In this document: in pieces, positions 37,459-45,046 of the stretch
Layout of the letters: the number at the start of each line of letters is the position of its first letter
Position numbering within the stretch: the first letter of the stretch is position 1
Source of the DNA: a virus
Lineage: Duplodnaviria; Caudoviricetes
IMG/VR virus record: IMGVR_UViG_3300032001_000013
Span: 1-45,046 of that record
Strand: one strand, 5' to 3'
DNA length: 45,046 nt
The notes under the pieces: model-generated
Databases searched by the model: none
The model's input: the letters and a program-made list of their open reading frames with translations, nothing else
What the model was told of the DNA's origin: nothing
Program-made: the position numbers and the translations under genes

Positions 37459-37531
37459 TCTGGCTGTCAATGATTCTAGTGCATCTTCGGCAGCCCCGGG
37501 AAGAAGCGACGGATAGACCCGGGAGGCTGCG

Positions 37532-38065
37532 GTGCCCAATACTCACGTCCGTGTAGTCGGCTCCGGCTATACCGTTTTGAGCTACAACAACAAGCCCATC
37601 GCTTTCTGCGAGGGCTGGGAAGACTCCGGCCAGCGCGCCTTCTCCGATGCCGGGCAGCCGTTCCAGTTCATCCAGCCGATCGGGTACAGCCACCCCATCG
37701 AGATCGCCACGTCCCGCGTGCTGGCCGGCGGCACCCTGATGCTGACCATCCGCGAGCTGTGGAACCAGCCGGTCTGGTGGCAGCTGGCCGGCCTGGCGGG
37801 CACCTGGTCCATCGTCGACATCTTCGCCGCGCTGGCCGCCAACCCGAACTACGTGACCGCCTCGCTGATCATCAAGCCGCCGGGCACCGCGCATCAGCCG
37901 GGCAGCTGGCGCGGCAAGCTGTACCAGAACGTGGTGGTGGTGGACATCAATGATGGCGACACGGTGACCGTCGGGGCGCTGGCCGTGACCAAGGGCATCA
38001 CCGCGGCCTACACGCACTACATCCCGCTGAACTCCAACCAGTACAGCCCGCTGACCGGCCAGTAG
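37532..38065 (+). CDS. Tail tube protein
   Basis: Follows sheath; 177 aa; RVVGSG, HPIEI.T, GTL.L...ELWN. Confidence 0.8.
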   Translation: MPNTHVRVVGSGYTVLSYNNKPIAFCEGWEDSGQRAFSDAGQPFQFIQPIGYSHPIEIATSRVLAGGTLMLTIRELWNQPVWWQLAGLAGTWSIVDIFAALAANPNYVTASLIIKPPGTAHQPGSWRGKLYQNVVVVDINDGDTVTVGALAVTKGITAAYTHYIPLNSNQYSPLTGQ

Positions 38066-38581
38066 CTCAGGGCAGGTTGCCCTCCCGCTGGAAGGCGGCC
38101 CGGGGACCGCCCGCGAGCAGCCAGGCGATCAGGTTGAGCGCGCCGCGCCCGCCGAGACTGCCCGCGCACTCACCGATGCAGGATTCGGTAGCGCCGATGC
38201 TAGACGCGCTGCTGCCGTGCATCAGAAGTCCCACCAGTGACAGAGCCGCAGCGGGTCACCGCTCATCTTGTCCACGGCGGCCGGGTTTAGCCGGGTGCCG
38301 TCCGGGCCGTTGCTCTCCGTGCCGTTGCCGGCGCTTGCCCCGTTGCCGATGCTGTCGCCTCGCTCGCTCATGATGACCCTCCGGTCAGGTCGGGGTTACC
38401 TTCTGGTTATCCGTGACGTCAGGGAGAGGCGGCCCGCTGACCCTGATCCTGGCCACGTCCCGGCCGCCCGCCGGCCTGTCCAGGCCCGGGACGAGCGGCA
38501 GCTCAAATCCCTCGCCAGGGCCCGCCGTGAACCGGTGCATTTCGTACAGGCCGTCGGCATACCAGATCTCCAGGGTGGTGA

Positions 38582-39229
38582 TCAGTTCGGGCTCCCGATC
38601 ACCGGGATGATCACGACGTGGCTGTCCTTGTCGTCGGCGGAGATGCTCATCAGGGTACTGACCAGCGCGTGCACCATCTCGTGCGGGCCCTCGAAGCCGT
38701 GCTGCATGACCGCGAGGCTGCCGTCTGCGGTGATGAGCAGGACGACGGCCTTGACCTCGTTCACGGCCAGGTTGGCCTCGATCGAGGCCTTGACGGCCTT
38801 GATCACCACCGGGATCTGCGGATCAGGATACGTGTGGGTGATGGTCAGCAGGGCCCGCGGCTGGCCCGGGTCGCTTTCCTCCAGCCGGGGTTCCAGGACC
38901 GGCGTGCCCGGCTCGGGCTCGGGCAGCGGCTCGCCGGGGTCGTGGATGAACCGCACGTCCATCCGGACGCCGGAGGCCGTGAACAGCATCGAGCTGAACC
39001 TGATGAAGTCGCCGACCAGCTTGTAGCTGGCCTCGCTGTCGTACCCGAATGCGCTGGCGCCGGCGCCGCCCCGGCCGTCGTGCAGCACGAAGATGCCGTG
39101 CAGGTCCTCGCCGGGCTCGGCCTTCTTCTCGTTCCACTCGCTCAGCGCCTCGGTCACCGCGGCGAGCATGCTGGTGATCCGGTCGCCCGGCTCCTCGTCC
39201 CAGCGCATGTCATCGGTCATCGGGATCAC
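38582..39229 (-). CDS. Hypothetical protein
   Basis: RBS GAGAGG; -10 TAAAAT at about 39253 on -. Confidence 0.75.
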   Translation of the reverse strand: MIPMTDDMRWDEEPGDRITSMLAAVTEALSEWNEKKAEPGEDLHGIFVLHDGRGGAGASAFGYDSEASYKLVGDFIRFSSMLFTASGVRMDVRFIHDPGEPLPEPEPGTPVLEPRLEESDPGQPRALLTITHTYPDPQIPVVIKAVKASIEANLAVNEVKAVVLLITADGSLAVMQHGFEGPHEMVHALVSTLMSISADDKDSHVVIIPVIGSPN

Positions 39230-39324
39230 CTCTCTATATTCCTTGCTATTTTACCAGGCGTCTACGCCTGGCCCCCGGAAGGTAAGAGAGCTTCTGCTGC
39301 CACCTTCCCCCAGGAGGATCCCGC

Positions 39325-39660
39325 ATGACGACACCAGCCCCCGCGGCCGTGACGCTGAACGTGGCCACCGACAAGCCGGCCTACAACGTCGGTGACACGA
39401 TCACGGTAACCGTGACCTACTCCGACGCCAACACCACCACGTCCACGATGACCATCACCGTGACCGGCACCGACGGCGCGGGCAACACCGCGAACGCCAC
39501 CGCCCAGGTCCAGGTCAACCAGAGCGCGTCGGGCCCGGTCACGGTCGCCGTCACTGACAGCTTCGGCGACACCTACACCGAGACGAGCAACGACGGCACC
39601 AGCACGTCCGTGCAGACCGCCGTCATCGGCACCCCGCCCGCGCCCGCCCCAGCGGCCTGA
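39325..39660 (+). CDS. Ig-like virion protein
   Basis: TDKPAY.VGDTI.VTV; Thr-rich beta protein; RBS AGGAGG. Confidence 0.8.
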   Translation: MTTPAPAAVTLNVATDKPAYNVGDTITVTVTYSDANTTTSTMTITVTGTDGAGNTANATAQVQVNQSASGPVTVAVTDSFGDTYTETSNDGTSTSVQTAVIGTPPAPAPAA

Positions 39661-40088
39661 TGACCATCCTCCAGATCGACGTCACCGGCACGGACGCTGA
39701 CGGCAACGTCGCGACCGCGACGGTCGAGGTCGAAGTCGGCGCCCCGCTCGTGCCGGGGTCGCCGAGCCCCCCGGTGGCGGCCCCGGCGAGCCCGGCGAGT
39801 CCGGCTCCGCCGGGACTGCCGGGCGGCCAGACGGGGCAGGCCCCGCACCCGCACGGCGAGGGTGCCGCCCGCGCCTCCTCAGGAGAGGAAGGCATGCCCG
39901 CGGAGGCCAGGGCTGAGGCGGCCGAGCCCGAGGCGAGGGTCATGGCCGCCCAGCAGGTGCAGATCCCCGGCCTCGGCAACGCGACCGGGCACAAGACCAC
40001 GGACCTCACGAACGCGCCCAGGCCGCCCGTGGTCACCCAGGCTGTCCGCTCGACAACCTTGTTCAGAAGTACCGGAGGTTTCCGATGA
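39660..40088 (+). CDS. Hypothetical protein
   Basis: Coupled; N-terminus resembles the preceding Ig-like strand. Confidence 0.6.
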   Translation: MTILQIDVTGTDADGNVATATVEVEVGAPLVPGSPSPPVAAPASPASPAPPGLPGGQTGQAPHPHGEGAARASSGEEGMPAEARAEAAEPEARVMAAQQVQIPGLGNATGHKTTDLTNAPRPPVVTQAVRSTTLFRSTGGFR

Positions 40089-40288
40089 GCACGCCCACGA
40101 ATCCGCTCTCGGGCGTCAGCGGCTCCGCGGGCGTCACCCTGAGCGCGAGCGTCAAGGTGGACCTGGAGGTCATGCCGCAGGCCAACAGCGACATCGAGTG
40201 CCACCTGAGCTGCAACGGCCAGCAGTGCAAGGTGATCTACCGGGCGACCGGCGAACTCGATTTCGACGTTTACCCGTACAGTTCGTGA
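40085..40288 (+). CDS. Small hypothetical protein
   Basis: RBS GGAGG; ATGA overlap. Confidence 0.7.
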   Translation: MSTPTNPLSGVSGSAGVTLSASVKVDLEVMPQANSDIECHLSCNGQQCKVIYRATGELDFDVYPYSS

Positions 40289-40872
40289 CCTTCCCTCCTG
40301 ACCCGCCTGACGAGGAGTTCGGCCCGCCCCTGCCGGGCCCGGTGACGCCCGCGGCCGATGAGTCGGTCCCGGGCCCGGGGCAGGAGATGGAGTTCGAGGA
40401 CCCCGATCCCCGCTGGCACGCGGACTTCCACGGGCTGCTGTACCTGGGCGCGCTGCGCGGGCGGTTCGCCTGGCTGGGCCACGTGTTCCGGATCCGCACC
40501 CTGCGCAGCGACGAGGAGCTGATCGTCGCCGAGCTGGGCAAGATGTGGCAGGACACGATGGGCGGCGCCCGCGCGCACGCCATCGCGATGGTGGCGCTGA
40601 GCATCGAGTCGGTCGACGGGCACCCGCTGCCGTCCCCGATCGGCGAGCACGACGGCTCGATCGGCTGGGCCGAGGAGCGCTTCCGGTACGCCGGGCGCTG
40701 GTACTCCTACACCATCGACCACGTGTTCAGCCGCTACCTGGAGCTGGAGGCCCGGGTCCGGGTGGTCATGGACGAGCTGGGAAAAGGATCGGCCCCGATG
40801 GAGCCGGGGCTCGCCTCGACCTCGACATCGACCTCGCCTGGCGGCGAGGGCTCCTCGCCGGCCCTTCCCTGA
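40285..40872 (+). CDS. Tail assembly chaperone (short form)
   Basis: Between tube and tape measure; contains slippery G-GGA-AAA. Confidence 0.8.
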   Translation: MTFPPDPPDEEFGPPLPGPVTPAADESVPGPGQEMEFEDPDPRWHADFHGLLYLGALRGRFAWLGHVFRIRTLRSDEELIVAELGKMWQDTMGGARAHAIAMVALSIESVDGHPLPSPIGEHDGSIGWAEERFRYAGRWYSYTIDHVFSRYLELEARVRVVMDELGKGSAPMEPGLASTSTSTSPGGEGSSPALP

Positions 40873-41258
40873 GCGCGGTCCAGGAGCTGTGCCTGTCGGT
40901 GCTGATCTTCCGCGAGAACCGGCGGCGCCAGGAGGACCGGCTCCAGGCGGCGCTGTGCGCCGTGGTGGCTTCCGGCAAGGGCGACCCGGCGAAGGCCTGG
41001 CCGGAGTACTTCGGCGAGGCCCAGGCCGACGACGAGGAGTCCTTCCCCGAGACCGGCGCCGACATGAGCCAGTTCACCTGGGAGCAGCCGGACCAGGAGC
41101 GGATTCAGGACGAGCTGGAGATGCTGATGCGCGGCGCGCGGGTCACCCTGCGCGACGGCGAGCCCGCGGAGCCGCCCGAGCCGCCGCCCCAGGCCGCGCT
41201 GCGCCCGATGGTCTCCAGGATGGGCCCGGCCACGGCAGAAGAACTGGAATGGTCCTGA
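40779..41258 (+). CDS. Tail assembly chaperone -1 frameshift extension
   Basis: GGGAAAA at 40779-40785 in X XXY YYZ phase; -1 frame open to 41258. Confidence 0.75.
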   Translation, partial: GKRIGPDGAGARLDLDIDLAWRRGLLAGPSLSAVQELCLSVLIFRENRRRQEDRLQAALCAVVASGKGDPAKAWPEYFGEAQADDEESFPETGADMSQFTWEQPDQERIQDELEMLMRGARVTLRDGEPAEPPEPPPQAALRPMVSRMGPATAEELEWS

Positions 41259-41261
41259 TCT

Positions 41262-41665
41262 GCCTGCCTTGCCCTGCCACGCCTATCTATGCTGCTCCGA
41301 GCCCTTGCCTGCCTTGCCCCGCCTTGCCGTGCCAGGCTTCGCCGTCCGAGCCGCTCCTGCCTAGCCTCGCCATACTGCGCCTGTCCTCGCTATGCTGCGA
41401 CTCGCCGCGCCTCGCCAGGACTGCCCTGCCGCACCGTGCCTCGCCCAGCTGTGATCGCCCTGCCCAGCAGCGCCTTGACTGCCTTGCCCGGCATTGCCCA
41501 GCGGCCCTTGCCGGGACAGGCCCGGACATGCCAGGACTGCCTCGCCTCGCCCCGCCCTGCCCAGCCAAGACTGGCCATGCCGTCCCTTGACGGCCGCGCC
41601 CTGCTGAGCCTTGCGGAGCCGGGCCCCGCCTACCCGGGCCCTGCCGTGCCTTCGTCTCCTGCCTG
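41262..41665 (-). repeat. GGY-NN pentamer array 6 (about 7 units)
   Basis: GCC-NN register on + with GACTGCC separators; downstream of - gene 41808..42347. Confidence 0.88.
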
Positions 41666-41797
41666 GCCGCTGCCGGGCAGCGGCATCGCGAGCCAGCGCT
41701 TCCTGTCCGGCTTGCCGTGGCACTGGCTGCACCCGCAGTGGGTCTCATGCGTGCCCGGGGCCGAGCAGTGCGGCCCGCAGTCCGGTGTGCTGCCCAT
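41630..41797 (-). CDS. Possible small Cys/His-rich protein, 55 aa
   Basis: MGSTPDCGPHC...HCGCSQCHG; runs into array 6. Confidence 0.4.
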   Translation of the reverse strand: MGSTPDCGPHCSAPGTHETHCGCSQCHGKPDRKRWLAMPLPGSGQAGDEGTAGPG

Positions 41798-41807
41798 CCC
41801 CCGGAGC

Positions 41808-42347
41808 TTACGCCCCGTGGCTGAACTGCACTCCCGGGACCTCGTTCTGCCCGTCGGGGCCGTGCACGATGACTTCGAGGTCCTGATCGGTCACCACCGG
41901 GTCGCCGAACTTGTCGACTTCCTCCCGGCCGACATCGTGGCTGCCGCAGCTGTGGCAGGTGGACCGCCAGTGCCGGCCGCGCAGTGCCCGGCCGTGCGTG
42001 ACCGGGTGCAGGTCGTTCTGGAGCCGCCAGATCGTGTCGATGTTGAACGTCTCCAGCTGCTCGGCGGCCTCCAGGGCCAGCTCGGGCCGCTGGTAGGCGG
42101 CGTAGAGCCGCCGGTACCGGTACAGGGTGCCGATGCTCAGGTCCATCGCGTCGGCCAGCTGGATCAGGGTGTAGGCATCGGTGAAGCTGTCGACGCACTG
42201 CCCGAACCGCCAGGCGGCGCGTACCGAGTCCTGGCCCGCCTTGACGAGTCCCGCGTAGGACAGCTCCAGCGTGTTGAGGGTGCCCGCGTCTACGCGGCGT
42301 CCTGGCGTGGTGGTCCTCCGGCTGCCCGGTGTGTCGGCGTTATTCAT
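41808..42347 (-). CDS. HTH plus Zn-ribbon protein upstream of array 6
   Basis: LADAMDLSIGTLYRY HTH-like; CHSCGS; RBS GAAGGA; promoter-like TATTTT-CC-TTAGTA at about 42387. Confidence 0.75.
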   Translation of the reverse strand: MNNADTPGSRRTTTPGRRVDAGTLNTLELSYAGLVKAGQDSVRAAWRFGQCVDSFTDAYTLIQLADAMDLSIGTLYRYRRLYAAYQRPELALEAAEQLETFNIDTIWRLQNDLHPVTHGRALRGRHWRSTCHSCGSHDVGREEVDKFGDPVVTDQDLEVIVHGPDGQNEVPGVQFSHGA

Positions 42348-42401
42348 GTTTCGTCCTTCGTAGTATCGCTCGTTACTAAGGAAAATAGCACATGCCCTGA
42401 G

Positions 42402-42410
42402 CCCCGGAAG
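42402..42410 (+). promoter_or_regulatory. Putative late-promoter motif CCC(C/G)GGAAG (representative copy)
   Basis: Copies shortly upstream of genes at 5684, 17203, 20304, 24505, 30048, 33776, 35335, 37494, 39273, 42402. Confidence 0.65.
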
Positions 42411-42435
42411 CAGAGAAGGCTGCGAGAGGAAGATT

Positions 42436-45046
42436 GTGGCTGGTCGCCTAGACACTGAGCCCGGCGGCGTGACTGACGCCTTCCAGGTGCTGGTCGACAA
42501 CATCCCGGCCATGGTGGAGGTGATGAAGAAGCAGTCTGATGACATCGCGAAGATGCTCGACCTCCAGGAGCGGTACCAGGTGACCGGCCCCGGCGGCGGC
42601 GGCGAGGCGGCGGGCCACATCGCCCTGGCCCAGCAGTACCAGCCCCGCATGAGGGAGGACCTGCTCCGCCAGCTGACCCGGCAGGGCGCGATCCCGGCCG
42701 ACGCCACCATGGGCATCACCAAGATGACCGGCATGGGCGCGACGACCTCGCTCCAGAACCTCCAGGCCTACGCGGCTCAGCGGCTCGGCCAGCTCATCGG
42801 CCGCCGGTTCGGCCCGGACCCGGACTGGAAGCTGTACCCCGAGCACGAGGACCTGGTGAGGGAGGCCGAGGCGCAGCGGCAGCAGCACGGCGGCGCGCAG
42901 CCGGGCGGGTCCCAGGCCACCCCGGGCGGCGACCTGCGCCCGCCGGCCCAGGCGATCATGGACCGCTGGGCCCCGGCGGGCCCCGGGGGCGGCGGCGCCA
43001 TGATCCTGACCCCGGAAGGCCAGCAGGCCAGGGACCAGAAAACCACCCTGAGGCTGCTCCAGGAGACCGCTGCCGCCACGCAGAGTACCGCCAGGTCCGC
43101 GGAGGGGACCGAGGAGGAGCTGGCCGCCGGAGGCCGTCTCAGCGCCACGGCCCAGGCGGCTGCCGGGGCGGCCGGGGCGAGGATGACTCCTGAAAGGGAG
43201 CACGTCCCGCTGCCTGCCGACCTGGTGGGCCAGACGACGCCCGCGCCACCGGGAGCAGCCCCCTCCCCATCGGGCGGTCCCCAGGCCGGAGGCGGGGCTC
43301 CCGGCGGTCCCGGTCCTGGCGGTCCAGGAGGCGGGGCAGGCACCGGGGGCCCGCCTGGCGCTGGCGGCGGCGTCACGCCTCAGCAGCGGGCCAGCTGGGC
43401 CCAGCAGTTCGGCGCCCGGGTGGCGATGACCGGCGGCACCCCCAGGGGCATCGCCGAGATGCTCCGCAAGATCCCCGGGGTCGGCCTGGTCGAGGACATC
43501 GCCGGGGCCTATCAGGCGCAGCGCGAGGCCGGCCGGGCCTACCAGGAGGTCGAGGGCGGCACCAACCTCGGCGCGCAGACTGAGCGGGCGCACCGGACGG
43601 CCTACGAGATCTCGATGTTCGGCCGGGTCCCCGAGGGCGTGGCCGCGGATATGTTCAACCAGGTTACTGCCCTCGGCTTCAGCCAGCGGGCGGTCGGCCA
43701 GGGCCAGCAGGCCCAGAACCGGCAGAGCGCGCTGAACTTCCTGTACCACCAGTACAACGCCACCGGCATGGACATTGAGCAGGGCGCGCAGATCCTGGCC
43801 ACCGCCACCCAGAATGCCACGGTCAGCCTGTCCACGGTCTCCGACGCGATCAGCTCGCTGTCTGACGTCGCGGGCAAGGCCGGCGTCAACGCCGAGGAGG
43901 CCAGGAACAACTTCAACGCCTACTTCAACACGGTCCTCCAGGGCACCGGGGCCGGCCCCCAGGCGGCCACCGCGGCCGGGGCCATCGCCGCCCAGCAGGC
44001 GGGCATGGGCCAGGCGTTTGCCGGGGCGAACTTCGCCGGGGAGGCCAGCACGCGGATGATGTACATGGTGTCCGGCATGGCCGGGATCAGCCCGAACCGG
44101 GCCCAGTACCTCCAGCGGACCAACATCGCCGAGTACAACCGGCTGGTGACCGGGGTCCAGGGCCAGTTCCTCCAGAACCTGCCCGGCCTCCAGGCGCACC
44201 TGGCCGCGCTCCGGCAGATGATTCAGGCGGCAGGCGGCGGCGCCCAGGTCAAGGCCCAGCCCGCGATCGCGGCGCAGATCGCCCAGCAGTTCCTCGACCA
44301 GTTCCAGGCCCAGGACCCCAACCTGAACATGGACGTCTGGGCCCAGGTCGTCACCGCCACGATGGGCGTCCAGGGGATCAACGCGGGCAACGTCATGCAG
44401 TGGGTGGTCGACCAGGTGGCCGGGCAGACCCTGGCCGCGGCGACTCCGGGCGGAGGTACCCCTGGCGGGGCCCCGGGCGGCGGCGGGGGCGCCGTATCGG
44501 CGGGCGGCGCCGCGGCTGCGGTCAGAGCGGGCACGGCAGCCAGCGGCCAGTACGGGCTCGCGACCGGCACGCCGACGGTGCCGGGCACCGGGGCGGCCGG
44601 GGCCAGGGTCGGCCCGCAGCAGGTCGGCCAGACCTGGCAGCAGCAGCTGCTGGGCGGCGCCATCCCCAACGTGGCCAAGACCTACCTGGGGATGGAGCAG
44701 AAGACCGGCAAGCGCAGCCCGGTGCTGGAGGCGATCCTCCAGAACGCCAAGCCGGGCACCTCGGTTGCCGTCAGGACCGCCTCGGGCACCCGCGTGATGG
44801 ACATCAACGACGCGATCAGGTACTACCCGGCCGAAGTCGAGGCCGGCCAGGTCGAGTTCTACAACGCCGCCGGGCAGAACGTCGGCGCCAGCACCCTGAC
44901 CGGCGGCCACACCGACCCGACCGCCGCGGCTGCCGCTGCCGCCGAGGCCTCGCAGAAGGGCCCGGGAGCCCAGGCCGGGGTCACCATCTCGCAGTGGCAG
45001 AAGAAGACGGGCCGCACCGGCACCGCCCAGGGCGGGGACGCCACGC
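42436..45046 (+). CDS. Tape measure protein (5' part, runs off window)
   Basis: GTG with GAGAGGA RBS; open frame to window end; A/G/Q-rich; follows tail chaperone. Confidence 0.85.
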   Translation, partial: MAGRLDTEPGGVTDAFQVLVDNIPAMVEVMKKQSDDIAKMLDLQERYQVTGPGGGGEAAGHIALAQQYQPRMREDLLRQLTRQGAIPADATMGITKMTGMGATTSLQNLQAYAAQRLGQLIGRRFGPDPDWKLYPEHEDLVREAEAQRQQHGGAQPGGSQATPGGDLRPPAQAIMDRWAPAGPGGGGAMILTPEGQQARDQKTTLRLLQETAAATQSTARSAEGTEEELAAGGRLSATAQAAAGAAGARMTPEREHVPLPADLVGQTTPAPPGAAPSPSGGPQAGGGAPGGPGPGGPGGGAGTGGPPGAGGGVTPQQRASWAQQFGARVAMTGGTPRGIAEMLRKIPGVGLVEDIAGAYQAQREAGRAYQEVEGGTNLGAQTERAHRTAYEISMFGRVPEGVAADMFNQVTALGFSQRAVGQGQQAQNRQSALNFLYHQYNATGMDIEQGAQILATATQNATVSLSTVSDAISSLSDVAGKAGVNAEEARNNFNAYFNTVLQGTGAGPQAATAAGAIAAQQAGMGQAFAGANFAGEASTRMMYMVSGMAGISPNRAQYLQRTNIAEYNRLVTGVQGQFLQNLPGLQAHLAALRQMIQAAGGGAQVKAQPAIAAQIAQQFLDQFQAQDPNLNMDVWAQVVTATMGVQGINAGNVMQWVVDQVAGQTLAAATPGGGTPGGAPGGGGGAVSAGGAAAAVRAGTAASGQYGLATGTPTVPGTGAAGARVGPQQVGQTWQQQLLGGAIPNVAKTYLGMEQKTGKRSPVLEAILQNAKPGTSVAVRTASGTRVMDINDAIRYYPAEVEAGQVEFYNAAGQNVGASTLTGGHTDPTAAAAAAAEASQKGPGAQAGVTISQWQKKTGRTGTAQGGDAT

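Noticed and set aside
1-45046. RAMP/Cas7-like effector, reverse transcriptase or integrase gene
   Set aside because: No ORF with recognisable motifs; any effector for the arrays probably lies outside this window

Overview
A 45-kb, high-GC segment of a large actinobacterial myophage. The major capsid protein and its neighbour resemble those of Bxz1/cluster C-type mycobacteriophages (recognised from memory, not by search). The virion module runs from capsid decoration protein and major capsid protein (2.3-4.0 kb), through head-tail and neck proteins, tail sheath, tail tube and a frameshifted tail-assembly chaperone, to the start of the tape measure gene. It is interrupted by many accessory cassettes: secreted proteins, a CapD/GT2/deacetylase polysaccharide cluster, an SPFH operon, a phosphatase, an EndoVII nuclease, and a DUF7873-like gene with a circularly permuted tRNA-like ncRNA. 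Main discovery: six intergenic, promoter-driven pentamer arrays of the form (GGY-NN)n, about 59 units in total. If the 3-nt scaffold is removed and each NN is read as codon positions 1-2, units spell conserved motifs of bacterial defence-type proteins: SNF2 ADEVGVGKT, SF1 helicase FDVVIVDEAQDF, Argonaute VLALTKMNWN, NB-ARC GLGGLGKST, TIR DRAWAxWIAW, ThiF IPVIDGGI, nucleotidyltransferase, nuclease and kinase motifs. Three units match the adjacent phage genes imperfectly, and in two of them the phage's own copy differs by synonymous codon-family swaps. This looks like a non-contiguous, wobble-skipping RNA-guide system (VIPR-like) used against host defences and rival phages. No RAMP-like effector gene was recognised in this window.
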